64,000 bases of DNA from Malacoraja senta (lineage: Eukaryota). The notes beneath the pieces are model-generated. The model made no database searches. It was not told the DNA's origin and saw only the letters and a program-made list of their open reading frames with translations. Below, piece by piece: positions 61,994 to 64,000 of the stretch. The position numbers and the translations under genes were made by a program. The DNA lies in NCBI GenBank assembly GCA_038087875.1, contig CM075991.1, positions 4,216,001-4,280,000 of the forward strand, read 5' to 3'. The number at the start of each line of letters is the position of its first letter. Position 1 is the stretch's first letter.

Positions 61994-62807
61994 TATGTAT
62001 GTAGTGATGTATTGTACTTAAATCTATGAAACCACTGTTGTATAACATCAGTACCTCCACCAATGTAAAGCACTTTGGCCAACGAGAGTTGTTTTTAAAT
62101 GTGCTATAGAAATAAAAGTGACTTGACTTGCATTATCCTACACACTAGGGACAATTTACAATTTTATCGAAGCCCAATGAACCTACAAACCTGCACGTCT
62201 TTGGAATGTGGGAGGAAACTGGAGCACCCGGAGAAAACCCACGCAGTCACAGGAGAAAATACAAACTCCATACAGACAGCACCCGTAGTCAGAATCGAAC
62301 CCGGGTCTCTGGCGTAGTGAGGCAGCAACTCCGCTCCTGCGCCACTATGACCTTCTATATTACTAAATGTACTATTAAGTTTAAACCTCCTCTGAAGGTT
62401 CAACGTGACCAACAGTAAAACATTAAGTTGCCCAGATAGATGATGAGTATATAGATGATAGAACAGTACGGACAGGAACAAGCCCTTCGGCCCACGATAT
62501 CTGTGCCGAACAGAATGCCCACAACTCCCTTGTGCCTGCACGTACTCCATTTCCCTGCATATTCATGTGCCTCTCTAAAAGCCTCTTAATGAGGTGCCTG
62601 GAAGTCCTGACCATCTCGCAAATTCTATAACCCTGTTATTAATGATCCGCTCGGTAAATTGCTGGTGCAAGGCAAACAAACATCAATTACTTTACCTTCC
62701 GGATGCCTGTTCAGACACCATCATTTGTCTCCTCGATCGACCATTTAAAGGGCCAGAGACAGCCCCCTACAAACTTACAGGAAGCAGCATAGTGCCAATG
62801 TAGTTTT

Positions 62808-63108
62808 AGTTTGGTTTAGTTTAATTTAGAGATACAGCGCGGAGCCCTTCGGCCCACTGAGTCCGTGCTGACCAACGATCACCCTGCACTATCCTACACA
62901 CTAGGGACAATTTACAATTTGTTCCGAAGCCAATTAACCTACAAGCCTGTACGTCTTTGGAATGCGAGAGGAAACCGGACAGAGCGCCCGGAGAAACCCA
63001 CGCAGGTCACATGGAGAATGTACAAACTCTGTGCAGACAGCACCCGTAGTCAGGATCGAACCTGGCACTCTAGTGCTCTATGGGCAGCCACTCTACCGCT
63101 GCGCCACC
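62808..63108 (-). mobile_element. HE1-like V-SINE
   Basis: reverse-complement SINE consensus with (TTTAG)n tail. Confidence 0.87.
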
Positions 63109-64000
63109 ATGCCGCCCTTAAATCAACCAAGTCAGAGAAAGACTGAAGGAAACAGAGTCCGAAGCAAGATGCAGAAACTGCCCAGAGGTGTGACAGCAGG
63201 AGCACAGACTTAATTCTGATCCACAGGAGTGTTCCTCTCCTCTCCTGGACGCATGGGGGGGGAAATGGGCCTCTTCAAAAGAAAAGAGACCTCCCAAGTC
63301 AGGGAAATTTGAGGGGTGGCACAGTGGCCCAGCGGTAGAGTTGCTTCCTTACAGCGCCAGTGACCCGGGTGCTCCTGCACTCCAAAGACGTGCAGGATTG
63401 TAGATTAATTGGCTTTGGTAATATTGTAAATGTTCCTAGTGTGTAGGATAGTGCTAAGGTACGGGATGATCGCTGGTCGCTGGGCCGAAGGGTCTGTTTC
63501 CACGCTGGATCTCAAAAAGTCAAAATCCCTAAAGTCTAAAGTCTCATCCCGTACCTTACATCCAAATTTGATGGAGACTTTTGTCTCCAGGACCATTTCA
63601 GCAATTGGTTTCCTATCTCCCAGTGGGAGAGGATGATGTGGAGGGAGATACCTTTTATCGGATACATGAGTTGAGTGGCTATTTGGCTTTGGAAAATTCT
63701 AAATTGGCCCTGGTGTGTATAGGATAGCTAGTGCCCAGTGATCGCTGGTCGGCGCGGACTCCAAGCTGCAGCTTTAAAATCACTATTCTTATTAGTGCGC
63801 TGCAAGGGCAACTTGAATTTCACTGCACCAATTGGTGTATGTGGCAATAAATGAACCTTTGAATCTTTGAAAACTAAGCATCTGCAGTTCCTTATTCCTA
63901 CATTCTGCATTGCCTATGAGAGCAGCAATCCATGCATGAATAAATAACGTCCACACCTCTCCACCCTTCTCTGCCGAGATTATCGCGGCCTGCTTTTATA

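Overview
Vertebrate genomic DNA, most likely from a cartilaginous fish such as a skate or ray (inferred from the repeat content: HE1-like V-SINEs, HER1/CR1 LINEs, Penelope-like elements). It is very repeat-rich and has two 200-N assembly gaps. One protein-coding gene could be assembled by hand on the + strand: an ADAM28-like membrane metalloproteinase-disintegrin with 20 coding exons at 10788-47432 (about 690 aa visible). The visible part covers part of the prodomain, the catalytic domain with [12 protein letters not shown], the disintegrin domain with an ECD loop, the Cys-rich domain, a degenerate EGF domain, the TM helix and a Pro-rich tail. The 5'-most exons were not found. Oddities of the gene: two 1-nt frameshifts (assembly error or inactivation), an L1 inserted inside a 3' splice site between branch point and AG, loss of one EGF disulfide, a GC-AG intron and a tandemly duplicated cytoplasmic exon. 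Notable repeats: many Penelope-derived minimal hammerhead-ribozyme motifs, often in palindromic units; a family of short non-tRNA retroposons with TSDs and (GAA)n tails; and PIF/Harbinger-type MITEs. Most ORFs in the supplied track are repeat-derived noise. Repeat boundaries without a TSD are approximate.
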